Assembly: GCA_005801425.1 (NCBI GenBank)
Contig: SYDY01000121.1
Span: 19,722 to 83,721 of the forward strand
DNA: 64,000 nt
Origin: Bdellovibrionales bacterium
GTDB taxonomy: Bacteria > Myxococcota > XYA12-FULL-58-9 > SYDY01
Reading direction: 5' to 3'
The notes beneath the pieces were generated by a model. That model did no database searches. It was not told the DNA's origin and saw nothing but the letters and a program-made list of their open reading frames with translations. Below, piece after piece: positions 8,966 to 18,389 of the stretch; position 1 is the stretch's first letter, and every line of letters starts with the position of its first letter. Made by a program: the position numbers and the translations under genes.

Positions 8966-9159
8966 AAGACGCATCCTCCATCATATCTCCCCACCATTGC
9001 TCCACTCAATCCGGCATGTATGCCAATGATTGTTAATGGACGATTAAAACATACCAATTCTCATTGGCACCTGACAATGCGGATCGACTCTCAAGAAAAA
9101 ATAACAAAAAATGACATTCTCTTGACGCGCTGCATGGAACCGTGGCGTGATAGGCCCGC

Positions 9160-10248
9160 ATGAAACGACTCCGCGAACTCGAAACGCATGCCACGGCTGC
9201 CTGCGCAGACGTGGGGTTGATCGGTCGCGATCTTGTTGCATCTGTAGTGCCTCATATCGTCAGTGGTTTGCTCCTACGCAGGGGCTCAGACATTGTTCAC
9301 ATTCAAGGCGATGTGGGATCAGGAAAAACACGCCTCGCCCATGCATGCCATCGCGCCATGGTACGAACTTTTGGTGAGCCACGAACTGTTATTGATGCCA
9401 TTGAACAAAAAGCGCATGACAACGGTACAGGGCTTCTTTTTGATCATGTCACAGAACTTGAATCAATCCATCAGCATCGCGTGATCACGGCACTTGATGC
9501 ATTTGAGCGTCATACCGCCGAAACTCCATCAAACGCAGCCTTGTGTTTGCTCACATCCTCGGTACCCGAGCACGGTGAGCCTTGCAAAATAACGGGAAGG
9601 GCGGCCGCGCACATCGTGATCCCGCCTCTCCATGAACGCAGCAACGACGCTGCAAGCATCGCCCAACACATTGCCATGGAAACCGCGCAGCATATCGCCA
9701 CCCAGGATTTTGCGGGGCTCACACGTCAAGCACAACAAGATGTCGTTGCCGCGGTAACACAAGCCAAAGTCACCAACGTACGAACATTGCGTACGGCAAT
9801 CCGTGAAGCCATGTTTCAACGCGAAGCGACGGGTGCTGCTTCCGATGTTCTTGATAGCATGGCCTTGATGCCCACACTTGAACGTCACTTTGCATTCAAT
9901 GAGACAAGCCGCCATGTCCATGAATTGCATGCGCTGCGCGGGCCCCATTCACCCACCGAACACATGCAATCGGTGGCCACACTGCACGACATTCCAGCCG
10001 AGGCATTGGAAGAACTGTGTCATGGGGTTCAAGGCATTATCAACGGGATGGACGAACCCTCGCGTTCCTACAAAAATATTGTTGAACGAACCAATCGCAT
10101 GTCAAAGATTGCTTTGTGGTTGCTGAGTGGTGCACAAACACAAGCCCAATTTCGACGATTTTTTGGTTCCACAGGCGTCACCATGCCACCCAAAAGTGTC
10201 GCCCATCAAATTTACCACGAAGTGTTTCCGGAGCAGCGCGCACCATGA
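9160..10248 (+). CDS. Degenerate sigma-54-activator (bEBP)-like AAA+ protein lacking the GAFTGA loop and Walker B Glu
   Basis: Collinear with the bEBP central domain: LIGRD, Walker A GDVGSGKTRLAHA, Walker B-like GLLFDHVTEL (DH instead of DE), QHRVITALD, ALCLLTSS, IVIPPLHERSNDAASI and VTNVRTLRTAIREA (compare WPGNVRELEN). About 25 aa where GAFTGA should lie are missing. No receiver or sensory N-domain. Confidence 0.6.
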   Translation: MKRLRELETHATAACADVGLIGRDLVASVVPHIVSGLLLRRGSDIVHIQGDVGSGKTRLAHACHRAMVRTFGEPRTVIDAIEQKAHDNGTGLLFDHVTELESIHQHRVITALDAFERHTAETPSNAALCLLTSSVPEHGEPCKITGRAAAHIVIPPLHERSNDAASIAQHIAMETAQHIATQDFAGLTRQAQQDVVAAVTQAKVTNVRTLRTAIREAMFQREATGAASDVLDSMALMPTLERHFAFNETSRHVHELHALRGPHSPTEHMQSVATLHDIPAEALEELCHGVQGIINGMDEPSRSYKNIVERTNRMSKIALWLLSGAQTQAQFRRFFGSTGVTMPPKSVAHQIYHEVFPEQRAP

Positions 10249-10967
10249 CAACCTCCGGATCCATGGTTATTCAAACAGAGGCCGGTTACGATCTCATTCG
10301 TGCCCATTTCGATTTAATTTTAGAGCTGCAAGCCACACCTCTCCCGGTTCAAACCGTTGCGGATCGCATCAAAGACAACATCACATTACAAAGACTTATC
10401 AAACACGGCATTTTGCGCCAAGATCGAGGAAAAATTACTGCGGCAAACGCCGTAATATCTCAGTGGCGTCGTGAAGGCATGGTGGCATTTCTTGAAAAAT
10501 ATGTATTGCCGGCCATACGGGCCAACTTACATAATGTGAGTTATACCCATGCAACACTTTTAGAATTATCCATGCCTGCAGCAGAAATCGGCCTGGTACG
10601 TGAAGGTACCATCGCTGCATTGCTTAATGATTTAGCCTCCATCCCCGAAGCAATCGATGAAAAGGCATCCACAGCACGCCTCACGATCAGTCTAGTGGGC
10701 GCGACCACATCACTGCCCCCTGGTGAGGACAGCGAACGCTTTGCACAGCTTGTTCGTGCTGCATGCGAACAGCGCTCCATGAACCCCACGCCCAGCACCG
10801 CTGTTCTCACGCAATTTGATTGTCTTGCTGACATAGAACGGTACCATGCCACGCTGTCACGTGCCCAAGAATTCTGTGATGCCCTTGACTCGAAGTGGAA
10901 AAACAACGACCAAAGTAATTTTCACCTTCTCGTCACAACCCACTGGCAACAAACATGCGGAAATTAA
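10245..10967 (+). CDS. Hypothetical protein, translationally coupled to the upstream AAA+ gene (ATGA overlap)
   Basis: ATG at 10245 overlaps the TGA of the upstream ORF. MTTSGSMVIQTEAGYDLIRAHF... has no recognisable motif. Confidence 0.5.
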   Translation: MTTSGSMVIQTEAGYDLIRAHFDLILELQATPLPVQTVADRIKDNITLQRLIKHGILRQDRGKITAANAVISQWRREGMVAFLEKYVLPAIRANLHNVSYTHATLLELSMPAAEIGLVREGTIAALLNDLASIPEAIDEKASTARLTISLVGATTSLPPGEDSERFAQLVRAACEQRSMNPTPSTAVLTQFDCLADIERYHATLSRAQEFCDALDSKWKNNDQSNFHLLVTTHWQQTCGN

Positions 10968-11209
10968 TCTTCACCACCGCGATCACACTCATCCTGTCAT
11001 CCACCGCACAGGCTGGTGGCGTTATCACCGACGGCAAGTGCAAGAGTTACTATCAACCGGGCTGTGGCTACGACGGATATCGCGATGAATCATTGTACGA
11101 CGACGATGAATGGGAATTGTTCATTTTACTTTGGTACTGGTTTTATTCCCATCAGCCCCAGCCAACAACTGACGATGGCAATCAATCAGAATGTGGATCA
11201 AAGAAGTAA
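10955..11209 (+). CDS. Small secreted Cys-containing protein (84 aa)
   Basis: Signal peptide MRKLIFTTAITLILSSTAQA, then a Cys/Tyr/Asp-rich mature region. Overlaps the upstream stop by 13 nt. Weak support. Confidence 0.35.
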   Translation: MRKLIFTTAITLILSSTAQAGGVITDGKCKSYYQPGCGYDGYRDESLYDDDEWELFILLWYWFYSHQPQPTTDDGNQSECGSKK

Positions 11210-11619
11210 TCAGGCACAAGCTCTCTCAATGGTATAAGCACAAACAAACGTTCATGCATCGCGGGATGTGGGATCGTAAGCCTGGGATGGTTGATCACCT
11301 CATCCCCATACAACAAGATGTCCAAATCGAGTGTACGCGGTGCCCAACGCTTATCGCGCACGCGACCATGCTTCTGCTCGATCAAAAGCAAGATATCCAA
11401 GAGTTCAAGCGCTGAGAGATCTGTCTGAACTTCGGCCACTGCATTTAAAAAATCGGGGCCTGGTGGAGACCCGGGCAAAACAAGCGCTTCGGTTTGGTGA
11501 ATGGAAGAGATGCGAACAACAGCAATACCATGCTCTTGCAACATACGCAGCCCCGATGCAAAGGCGGATCGTACATCCCCCACATTGCCGCCCAATGCGA
11601 TGTACGCGGTGACCATCAA
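11182..11619 (-). CDS. folK: 2-amino-4-hydroxy-6-hydroxymethyldihydropteridine pyrophosphokinase (HPPK)
   Basis: YIALGGNVGD, LDLDILLY and TIPHPAMHERLFVLIPL motifs. Confidence 0.85.
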   Translation of the reverse strand: MMVTAYIALGGNVGDVRSAFASGLRMLQEHGIAVVRISSIHQTEALVLPGSPPGPDFLNAVAEVQTDLSALELLDILLLIEQKHGRVRDKRWAPRTLDLDILLYGDEVINHPRLTIPHPAMHERLFVLIPLRELVPDYFFDPHSD

Positions 11620-12400
11620 TCGTTACCAGCCAACACATCACGCATGCTGTATAGCCCCGGCGTTCGGCCTAAAAGCCAGCGTGCGGCCCTAAGTGCGCCT
11701 GCAGCGAAAATATCGCCACTTGAACTGCGATGGGTAATTTCCAAACGTTCACCATCACCTAGAAAAAATACGGTATGATCGCCACTGGCATCGCCACCAC
11801 GCATCGGCGCATAACCGAGCTCGGACGACTGGCGTGCTTCTGTATGCTGGCAACGGTCAAGCACATCATGCACATCAGGGCGACCTGCTTTGACCGCACG
11901 GCCAAGCGCAAGACCTGTACCGCTGGGCGCATCGCGTTTGTGACGATGATGGATCTCACTGATCTCCACATCAAATGGCACGCCCAAACGTGCAGCCGCG
12001 AGTTCTACAAGTTCGAGCATCACGTTGACACCGGTACTTAAATTGGCCGCCTGCACCACTGCGCAGCGTTCCGCAAGCGATCGTATCGTTAGGTTATCGG
12101 ATGCAGACATGCCCGTAGAAGCAAGCACGTAGCCCGTACCATGGGCCGCACAAAGCGCCGCCACAGAGGACACAGCCGCTGGTGCTGTAAAATCAATGAC
12201 CACATCGGCTTTGGGTATCACGACTTCGGCGTGCTCAATCACAAGGCCACCTTCGATGCGATCACCAAGACGTTCTTCGCGATCGATACCGCCCACCACC
12301 ACAATGTCCGTCGACTCTGCCGCCAAACGCAACACACGACCGCCCATGCGTCCTGTCGCACCCAAAACAGCAAGTCCACAACGTTTTTTATTGTTCACGA
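11616..12400 (-). CDS. dapB: 4-hydroxy-tetrahydrodipicolinate reductase
   Basis: LAVLGATGRMGG N-terminus and EISEIHHRHKRDAPSGTG C-domain. The track ORF extends to 12539, but the DapB fold begins near a GTG at about 12400 (VNNKKRCGLAVLG). The start is uncertain. Confidence 0.8.
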
Positions 12401-12418
12401 CCAAATCATCCTTACAAA

Positions 12419-12447
12419 GGGCGGTTCGCGAACCGCCCCTACATATG
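12419..12447 (+). repeat. REP-like palindromic element copy A (GGGCGGTTCGCGAACCGCCC + CTACATATG), overlapping the stop codon of lat
   Basis: Seen directly. A 9-bp stem palindrome with the conserved 3' tail CCTACA. Confidence 0.85.
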
Positions 12448-13746
12448 ACCCAAGGCAGCATCGAGCTGTGCACCTGCACGCCCCACGGCATCGGCTGTAA
12501 CATCCAACGCGGGCCGGAGCCGAATACTGCGTTCACCACAGGGTAAAATCAATAACTTAAGCTCAAAACACGCATCAATCAGGCGATTGCGTTCATCGAT
12601 AGACGGCATATCAAAGGCTGTCCACAGGCCACGACCACGTACCCCGGTGATCTGCGCGTGTTCGTCGGCCAATTCACCCAACACATCCACAAGATAGGCC
12701 CCCATGGTGGCTGCATTGTCGAGCAAACGTTCTTCAACAACAATATCAATCACACGATCGCATCGCACCATGTCCACCAAATCACCACCAAACGTACTTG
12801 AAATACGCGATGGGATTTTGAACACCGAATCGACATCGTCAATACGATCCGTGGCCGCAAAACCACATACCTGGGTTTTTTTACCAAATACCATGAGATC
12901 GGGTTTCACATCATGGTTCATCCAATCCCACCAGCGCCCCGTCGCGCCAAAACCGGTTTGGATCTCATCAAAAATTAAAATCACTTCGCGTTCGTCACAA
13001 ATCATACGCAATGCACGTAAAAATTCGGAACGGAAATAATTATCACCACCTTCGCCTTGAATAGGTTCGATGATGATGGCCGCAATCTCATGATTTGCTT
13101 CATCAAGTACACGGTGAATTTCCGCAAGCGCTTGTTTTTCGCGCTGCTCTACATCGCGTTTGGCAGCATCATCAAAAGGAAAACCCATACGAGGCGCTTC
13201 AACTTTTGGCCATTTAAAACGGGGAAAATAATCAACCTTGCGACGATCGAATGGATCGGTGATCGACAAAGCGTAACCCGTTCGTCCATGAAATGCGCGA
13301 CTAAAATAAAGTATCTGATTGCCTTTATCGCCACGCCCTGCTGCAATATTTTTACGATGCTTCCAATCAAATGCAGTTTTCAACGCATTTTCGACCGCAG
13401 GCCCGCCGCCTTCAATCAAAAATAAATGTTTGAATGCGCCTTGCAATGCAGTTTCGCAAAAGTTTTTTACAAATCGCGCATAATGGGTGGTGTATACATC
13501 GCAGTTGGCAAGTTTGTGGCGCGATACCTCGTCAAGACGCGCGGAAAATGCCGCATCATGCAATCCTGGATGATTGAAGCCTACAGGCCGTGCTGCAAAA
13601 AAACCAAAAAAATCGAGAAATTCAGTATTGGTTTTGGCATCGTAAAGGTACGAACCATGACTTTTGGATAAATCGCACACAATCGGCATACCATCGGCAA
13701 GTACATATTGCTCAAGGATCGGCCATACCTCGGATACTTTTGTCAT
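12439..13746 (-). CDS. lat: L-lysine 6-(epsilon)-aminotransferase, class III PLP aminotransferase
   Basis: 435 aa. DLSKSHGSYLYDA N-terminal motif, EPIQGEGG, and FDEIQTGFGATG with a K-containing active-site region, typical of the LAT family. Confidence 0.75.
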   Translation of the reverse strand: MTKVSEVWPILEQYVLADGMPIVCDLSKSHGSYLYDAKTNTEFLDFFGFFAARPVGFNHPGLHDAAFSARLDEVSRHKLANCDVYTTHYARFVKNFCETALQGAFKHLFLIEGGGPAVENALKTAFDWKHRKNIAAGRGDKGNQILYFSRAFHGRTGYALSITDPFDRRKVDYFPRFKWPKVEAPRMGFPFDDAAKRDVEQREKQALAEIHRVLDEANHEIAAIIIEPIQGEGGDNYFRSEFLRALRMICDEREVILIFDEIQTGFGATGRWWDWMNHDVKPDLMVFGKKTQVCGFAATDRIDDVDSVFKIPSRISSTFGGDLVDMVRCDRVIDIVVEERLLDNAATMGAYLVDVLGELADEHAQITGVRGRGLWTAFDMPSIDERNRLIDACFELKLLILPCGERSIRLRPALDVTADAVGRAGAQLDAALGHM

Positions 13747-13776
13747 TGGTTTCCCCCACCCATAACGCGCGCGCCA

Positions 13777-15000
13777 TCACACCGACGGCGCATCAACATG
13801 CTGCTCTCGCACCATCATCGGCTGCGGCGCTCCTTGCAATGCCCACGGACTCGCAAGCCATGCAAGTACCATCAGCCCGCCGCCAAGCCACAATGGCCAA
13901 TTTTCATTGCCCATATCAAATAAGAACCCGGCAACCATAGGCCCCAAACAACGGGCCAACGCCGAAAGCGATTGCGCTGTCCCCATGACCATACCCTGAT
14001 TTTGATTGTCTGCAGAACGTGAAATCAAACTGTTAAGCGCCGGGCCTTGCAAGCCCTGACCTACCGCAAAAAGCGTCACGAACAACACCATAACATGCCA
14101 ATCGCCTGCGGGAGTCCACGGAATAAGTACCATGCCCAAGGCCGTCGCAAGCAATCCCGTTTTTAAAATCACGTGTTCACCAAAACGGCGGGTAAGCACC
14201 CGCGTGAAGCCGCCTTGAAGCAACACCATAATCAGGCCCATATAACCAAACACCCAGCCGCATTCTCTGACATCAAAACCAACGCGTTGATAGGCAAACA
14301 GTACAAACGCCATTTCAAGCATGGAGAACGCAAACACCGCGCTGAACAACAGCATTACCAAGGGACGTGCACGTCCTCCTCTTCGCAAGATATCCAATCG
14401 TGCTCGCAAGGATGTGACCGTTGATCTCTCCCTATTTTCGGCGGTCCGCGTTTCTGGAAGCCAAAGAAACGCACCAATCAAATTGCATACCGCAAGAAGT
14501 GCCGCAACCGCGCCAGGTCCGCTATAACCGAGTGTACTTGCCTGAGCACCAATCAAAGGCCCCAGCACAAAACCCAACCCAAATGCCGCACCGACAATCC
14601 CCATACCGCGTGCACGATCTTTTTCTGGGGTAATATCGGCCACGTAAGCATTTGCGACAGAAATATTGGCAGTGCACATGCCGGAGATCAAACGTGACGC
14701 CAAGATCCATCCATAGCTATCGGCAAGCGCAAGCACCGTCAGAGACAACACGTTTCCAGCAATCGACACGAGCAGCACAGGACGACGCCCAACCACATCC
14801 GACAAACGTCCCCAAAGCGGCGCGCAGATGAATTGCATCAACGAATAGGCTGCCATCAGAAAACCAATCTGACGGCCATTGGCACCGAAATGCTTGGCAT
14901 ACAACGACAAGAGCGGCACAATCATGCCGAAGCCGATTAAGTCGATGGTGATCGTGAGAAATACGAGCATCAACGCTCGTTTGCGTGCTACCGCATCCAT
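13777..15000 (-). CDS. MFS transporter (12 TMS, drug:H+ antiporter-like)
   Basis: GRLSDVVGRRPVLL motif A and multiple hydrophobic segments. Confidence 0.85.
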   Translation of the reverse strand: MDAVARKRALMLVFLTITIDLIGFGMIVPLLSLYAKHFGANGRQIGFLMAAYSLMQFICAPLWGRLSDVVGRRPVLLVSIAGNVLSLTVLALADSYGWILASRLISGMCTANISVANAYVADITPEKDRARGMGIVGAAFGLGFVLGPLIGAQASTLGYSGPGAVAALLAVCNLIGAFLWLPETRTAENRERSTVTSLRARLDILRRGGRARPLVMLLFSAVFAFSMLEMAFVLFAYQRVGFDVRECGWVFGYMGLIMVLLQGGFTRVLTRRFGEHVILKTGLLATALGMVLIPWTPAGDWHVMVLFVTLFAVGQGLQGPALNSLISRSADNQNQGMVMGTAQSLSALARCLGPMVAGFLFDMGNENWPLWLGGGLMVLAWLASPWALQGAPQPMMVREQHVDAPSV

Positions 15001-15705
15001 CTAAACTCCTCTTCGATCGGGTTCCCAAATATACTTGTGCATCTGGATCTGCATACGTGCGGGCACGGTATCTTCCACCATCCACGCCGCCAAGTCCTTT
15101 TCGGCAAGTTTTCCAAAAACCGTTCCCATGAGAACGGTACAGCGCGAGGAGATCTCATATGTTTCCATGAGAACCCGCGACCACAGATAATCCGTACGAT
15201 CGCCGATCACGAATTTCACCTCGTCATGAGGACGGAGATCTTTCAAATTTTCGTAGCGATTAGAAGAAACTTCCCCGCTGGAAGGTGTTTTCATATCAAC
15301 AATACGGCATACCCGAGGATCCACCGACTCAATCGGCAAACTTCCACTGGTTTCAAGCAGCACCTGAAGACCGCAATCGCACATGGCAGACATCAGTGGA
15401 AAAATTCCGGCCTGCAACAACGGTTCGCCTCCGGTCAATTCCACGAGCGGAAGACCAAACGACAGCACCTTTTCCATGATGGCATCGGGCGTCATCCACG
15501 AACCATGATTAAAAGCATGGGCCGTATCGCAATAACCACAGCGCAAATGGCACGCAGTGGTTCGTACAAAAACACACGGACGACCCGCGTGCGTCGACTC
15601 ACCTTGTACCGAGGCATAGATCTCGTGGATCCGAAGAGCACCCGCAGGTCCATCTTGAAGGGGCCGCAAGCGTTTTTGTCTTTGGGCTTCTGGTGTTAAT
15701 GACAT
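15001..15705 (-). CDS. queE: 7-carboxy-7-deazaguanine synthase (radical SAM)
   Basis: CHLRCGYCDT radical-SAM cysteine motif and LTGGEPLL. Start at MSLTPEAQ. Confidence 0.85.
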   Translation of the reverse strand: MSLTPEAQRQKRLRPLQDGPAGALRIHEIYASVQGESTHAGRPCVFVRTTACHLRCGYCDTAHAFNHGSWMTPDAIMEKVLSFGLPLVELTGGEPLLQAGIFPLMSAMCDCGLQVLLETSGSLPIESVDPRVCRIVDMKTPSSGEVSSNRYENLKDLRPHDEVKFVIGDRTDYLWSRVLMETYEISSRCTVLMGTVFGKLAEKDLAAWMVEDTVPARMQIQMHKYIWEPDRRGV

Positions 15706-15762
15706 CGTAACCACGGGATAGCACAGACATGCTTCTTCATAGGAGGCCTAAAAAAGAGTGCT

Positions 15763-17916
15763 TTGCAGCCACCTTGCGGCTACATATGGAACATGAACTT
15801 ACACTTAGCCACCCAAAAGAGGTGGTGGCACGGGCTACTCGCACCTATGCTCGTGATCTTGCTCGGCTGGGCCCCCAGCACACCACCTCCATGGGCGGCA
15901 CAATGGTGTCCAAGCATTCCCGCACTTTTGCAGCATGATTGGCGCGATAGCTCGGGCATCGCAGTGAGATCCGTCAAACGAGAACCCACAGGCACTGAAC
16001 TTGAACAAAGCGCCGGATCTCTGCTCGGTGTTCCCTACTCATGGGGCGGAAACACCGAAGGTGGGCTCGATTGTAGCGGTTTCGTGAACAAAGTTTATGC
16101 CAGCCACGGTTACGACTTACCACGTACAGCACGCGAACAATTTAAAGTAGGGCTTGATATTAAGAAAGAAGATCTTGATCGCGGTGATTTGATCTTTTTC
16201 ACATCCGAGCCAGGTTCTACCGATGTCACCCATGTGGCTATGTATCTCGATGATGGCCAGTTTATTCACGCCGCGCGCGGCAAAGGCGAAGTATCGTTTG
16301 ACGCACTAAACACCACCTATTACAAAAATCGTTATCTTGGTGGGCGCCGTGTGCTGGCACTTCCGGTGGGCCGCTATTCTACTTTGTGGGGATCAGCACG
16401 GCCGGGATTTTTCGCAAAAACACCCATGGAACTGGCATTGCTACCGCCCTCAACATTGCCACCCAGCGCTGAAGAAATGCCTGATCACCGAACCATCGAA
16501 GCCATTCTTACTGAGCATGACGAAAGCCAAAAATCAGTGTTGTTGGCGCATGGTTTTGTGAAAGGCGCCATCACCCGCGTTGGACCTGATTCGATGATCA
16601 GGCAAGCCACAGAATTAAGCATGAAATTAGGATACGGTCGATTCGACAACATTTCGTCCCTATTCTTAATGCCGCAATTCACCTATTTCAATCACGCCAA
16701 TGCCATTTTAGCTTCCATCGCAGTCCCCCTTCAATTACCGATGAATGATGGTTCTGTTGCCGATTCATTGCGCAATAATTGGAATAGCGTACGCAAAGCC
16801 TCAAGGGTGATCCGTCAAGTACGCTTTGGACAAAAAGAAGCCAGCATCTATGTCGATCTAGGAAGAACCACCAGCGGTTCCATTGGTCATGGACACCTGA
16901 TGCGTATGTTTACACCCAATTTCGTCACCCAAGGCTTGCCATCATTTCCCATGGGAACCGAAGCGCTACCCTTGGCCATGGACGGCTATATTGACCAAAT
17001 CGGTGGAGAATTTTTTCTCGATGATCTCTTTGATCCCAAAGTGTTCGGTATCCTCGCTTTTGGAAAACCTTGGAATCGCCCCTCAGCGCCCCTGTGGCTT
17101 CAAAGCACATCCCTTGGGCTTGCCTACGCAGGCGATATGAAAGCGCCAACCTCGGTCAACATTCAGGATCCAATCGATATTTCGACCCGCACAGAAAAAG
17201 TCCATGGCATGTCATTGAGTACCGAAACCAAATTAATCAAAGATAATACGCTTAATCTTAAGTTTTACACCGACTTATCGGTTCTGTTTAATGGCGATTT
17301 TGGTGGTGTTGGAGGTGCCCCAGGTCTTCTTTTTCGTTCCAATTTAGGTGCAAAACACAACCACTTGATACGCGCAGTCCTTGAAATGCGATTCAGTGGT
17401 GCTCATTTTATTCCGTCGTATTTTGGCGCCAATTACAACATCGTTAAAAACAATGCGCCCGATGATCGCGATCTCGATGCAAAAAAACCATTGCTGGATC
17501 GTCTCAAACTGCTCACATCCAATTCACCGCGCATCGGTTTTTTCGCAATGTTTTCCTATCAGTTTTACAGGCGTGTCGGTGCAGGAATTTCCTACGACAA
17601 TGAATGGTCAACATCCGGCGATACCTCTGCCAAAGCACGTATGGGGCAAAATTTGATGCTATTCGTGGATGTGGAAAACATCATGCTGCCCAAACGACGA
17701 AGCATGAGTTTCTATTTTGCCTATCACTTGCGTAATTTTGACAGTCTTACATCGCTATTTTCAAAGCATCGCGACAACGAATTTATTTTTGCGAGTCTGT
17801 CCGTAGACTTCAATCGTTACTTCAGCGTTTCGGGAACGTTGCGCAAAGCCCTCGCCAATGATCGCGATACCACAGTTGATGGGGGTCTCAACCTGATTGT
17901 ACGCTATGAATTATAA
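15763..17916 (+). CDS. NlpC/P60 peptidase domain fused to a large C-terminal putative outer-membrane beta-barrel
   Basis: The N-terminal domain has YSWGGNTEGGLDCSGFV ... HVAMYL ... GQFIHA (Cys-His NlpC/P60 catalytic core) after a hydrophobic signal (LLAPMLVILLGWA; likely start MNLHLATQ at about 15793). The C-terminal ~480 aa show alternating amphipathic strands (FYFAYHLRNF, IFASLSVDFN, GLNLIVRYEL). Confidence 0.7.
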   Translation: MQPPCGYIWNMNLHLATQKRWWHGLLAPMLVILLGWAPSTPPPWAAQWCPSIPALLQHDWRDSSGIAVRSVKREPTGTELEQSAGSLLGVPYSWGGNTEGGLDCSGFVNKVYASHGYDLPRTAREQFKVGLDIKKEDLDRGDLIFFTSEPGSTDVTHVAMYLDDGQFIHAARGKGEVSFDALNTTYYKNRYLGGRRVLALPVGRYSTLWGSARPGFFAKTPMELALLPPSTLPPSAEEMPDHRTIEAILTEHDESQKSVLLAHGFVKGAITRVGPDSMIRQATELSMKLGYGRFDNISSLFLMPQFTYFNHANAILASIAVPLQLPMNDGSVADSLRNNWNSVRKASRVIRQVRFGQKEASIYVDLGRTTSGSIGHGHLMRMFTPNFVTQGLPSFPMGTEALPLAMDGYIDQIGGEFFLDDLFDPKVFGILAFGKPWNRPSAPLWLQSTSLGLAYAGDMKAPTSVNIQDPIDISTRTEKVHGMSLSTETKLIKDNTLNLKFYTDLSVLFNGDFGGVGGAPGLLFRSNLGAKHNHLIRAVLEMRFSGAHFIPSYFGANYNIVKNNAPDDRDLDAKKPLLDRLKLLTSNSPRIGFFAMFSYQFYRRVGAGISYDNEWSTSGDTSAKARMGQNLMLFVDVENIMLPKRRSMSFYFAYHLRNFDSLTSLFSKHRDNEFIFASLSVDFNRYFSVSGTLRKALANDRDTTVDGGLNLIVRYEL

Positions 17917-17923
17917 TCATTCC

Positions 17924-18322
17924 TCACATCGGTGGAAGATCCCAGATTGTCATTTCGTTCGATGAACGCGAAGCATTCGACACTTTCGAGACCATCGAAT
18001 CCATACGATGCATCTCATGACTTTCAGGCGTTGGAGAATCACCGTAGTCGCCGCTGATCATCGCACTGGGAATGATATAGAATGCGCTCATTGACGACTG
18101 TGAAACGGATTTGCGAAAAGTGGGCACAGCCGGAGCCGGGCTTAGAGTGGGCAACAAAAACGACGAGGGCATACTGCCTCCGTGTGACGCCCCTACCCAC
18201 GCCAAAGCCGTCACGAGGTTATCTTTAAATGCCTGCCAAGCGCTGGGTTTGGATACTTGTGCTTCGTTCAGCGACTTTGTGACATATGGTGTATTTTGAA
18301 TTTTCGATGCTGCACCGCCCAT
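17924..18322 (-). CDS. Hypothetical Ser-rich protein, possible start MGGAASK (N-myristoylation-like motif); doubtful gene
   Basis: Minus-strand ORF between the NlpC/P60 gene and mutY. Internal start MGGAASKIQNTPYVTKSLNEAQVSK is preceded by GGTGGGG. Low-complexity Ser-rich sequence. Weak support. Confidence 0.25.
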   Translation of the reverse strand: MGGAASKIQNTPYVTKSLNEAQVSKPSAWQAFKDNLVTALAWVGASHGGSMPSSFLLPTLSPAPAVPTFRKSVSQSSMSAFYIIPSAMISGDYGDSPTPESHEMHRMDSMVSKVSNASRSSNEMTIWDLPPM

Positions 18323-18389
18323 GAGAATTCCCCACCTGGCGGCCATGACACAACATGTCATGTATTCGCGCATGAATGCAAGATGTTCT

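Noticed and set aside
9062-9077. Sigma-54-like promoter TGGCAC-CTGAC-AATGC upstream of the pseudo-bEBP gene
   Set aside because: The GG-to-GC spacing is off by one nucleotide from the -24/-12 consensus (TGGCAC-N5-TTGC), and the -12 TTGC is replaced by ATGC. Too weak to call.
15037-15699. 220-aa plus-strand ORF
   Set aside because: Fully antisense to the well-supported queE radical-SAM gene, with a basic low-complexity translation.
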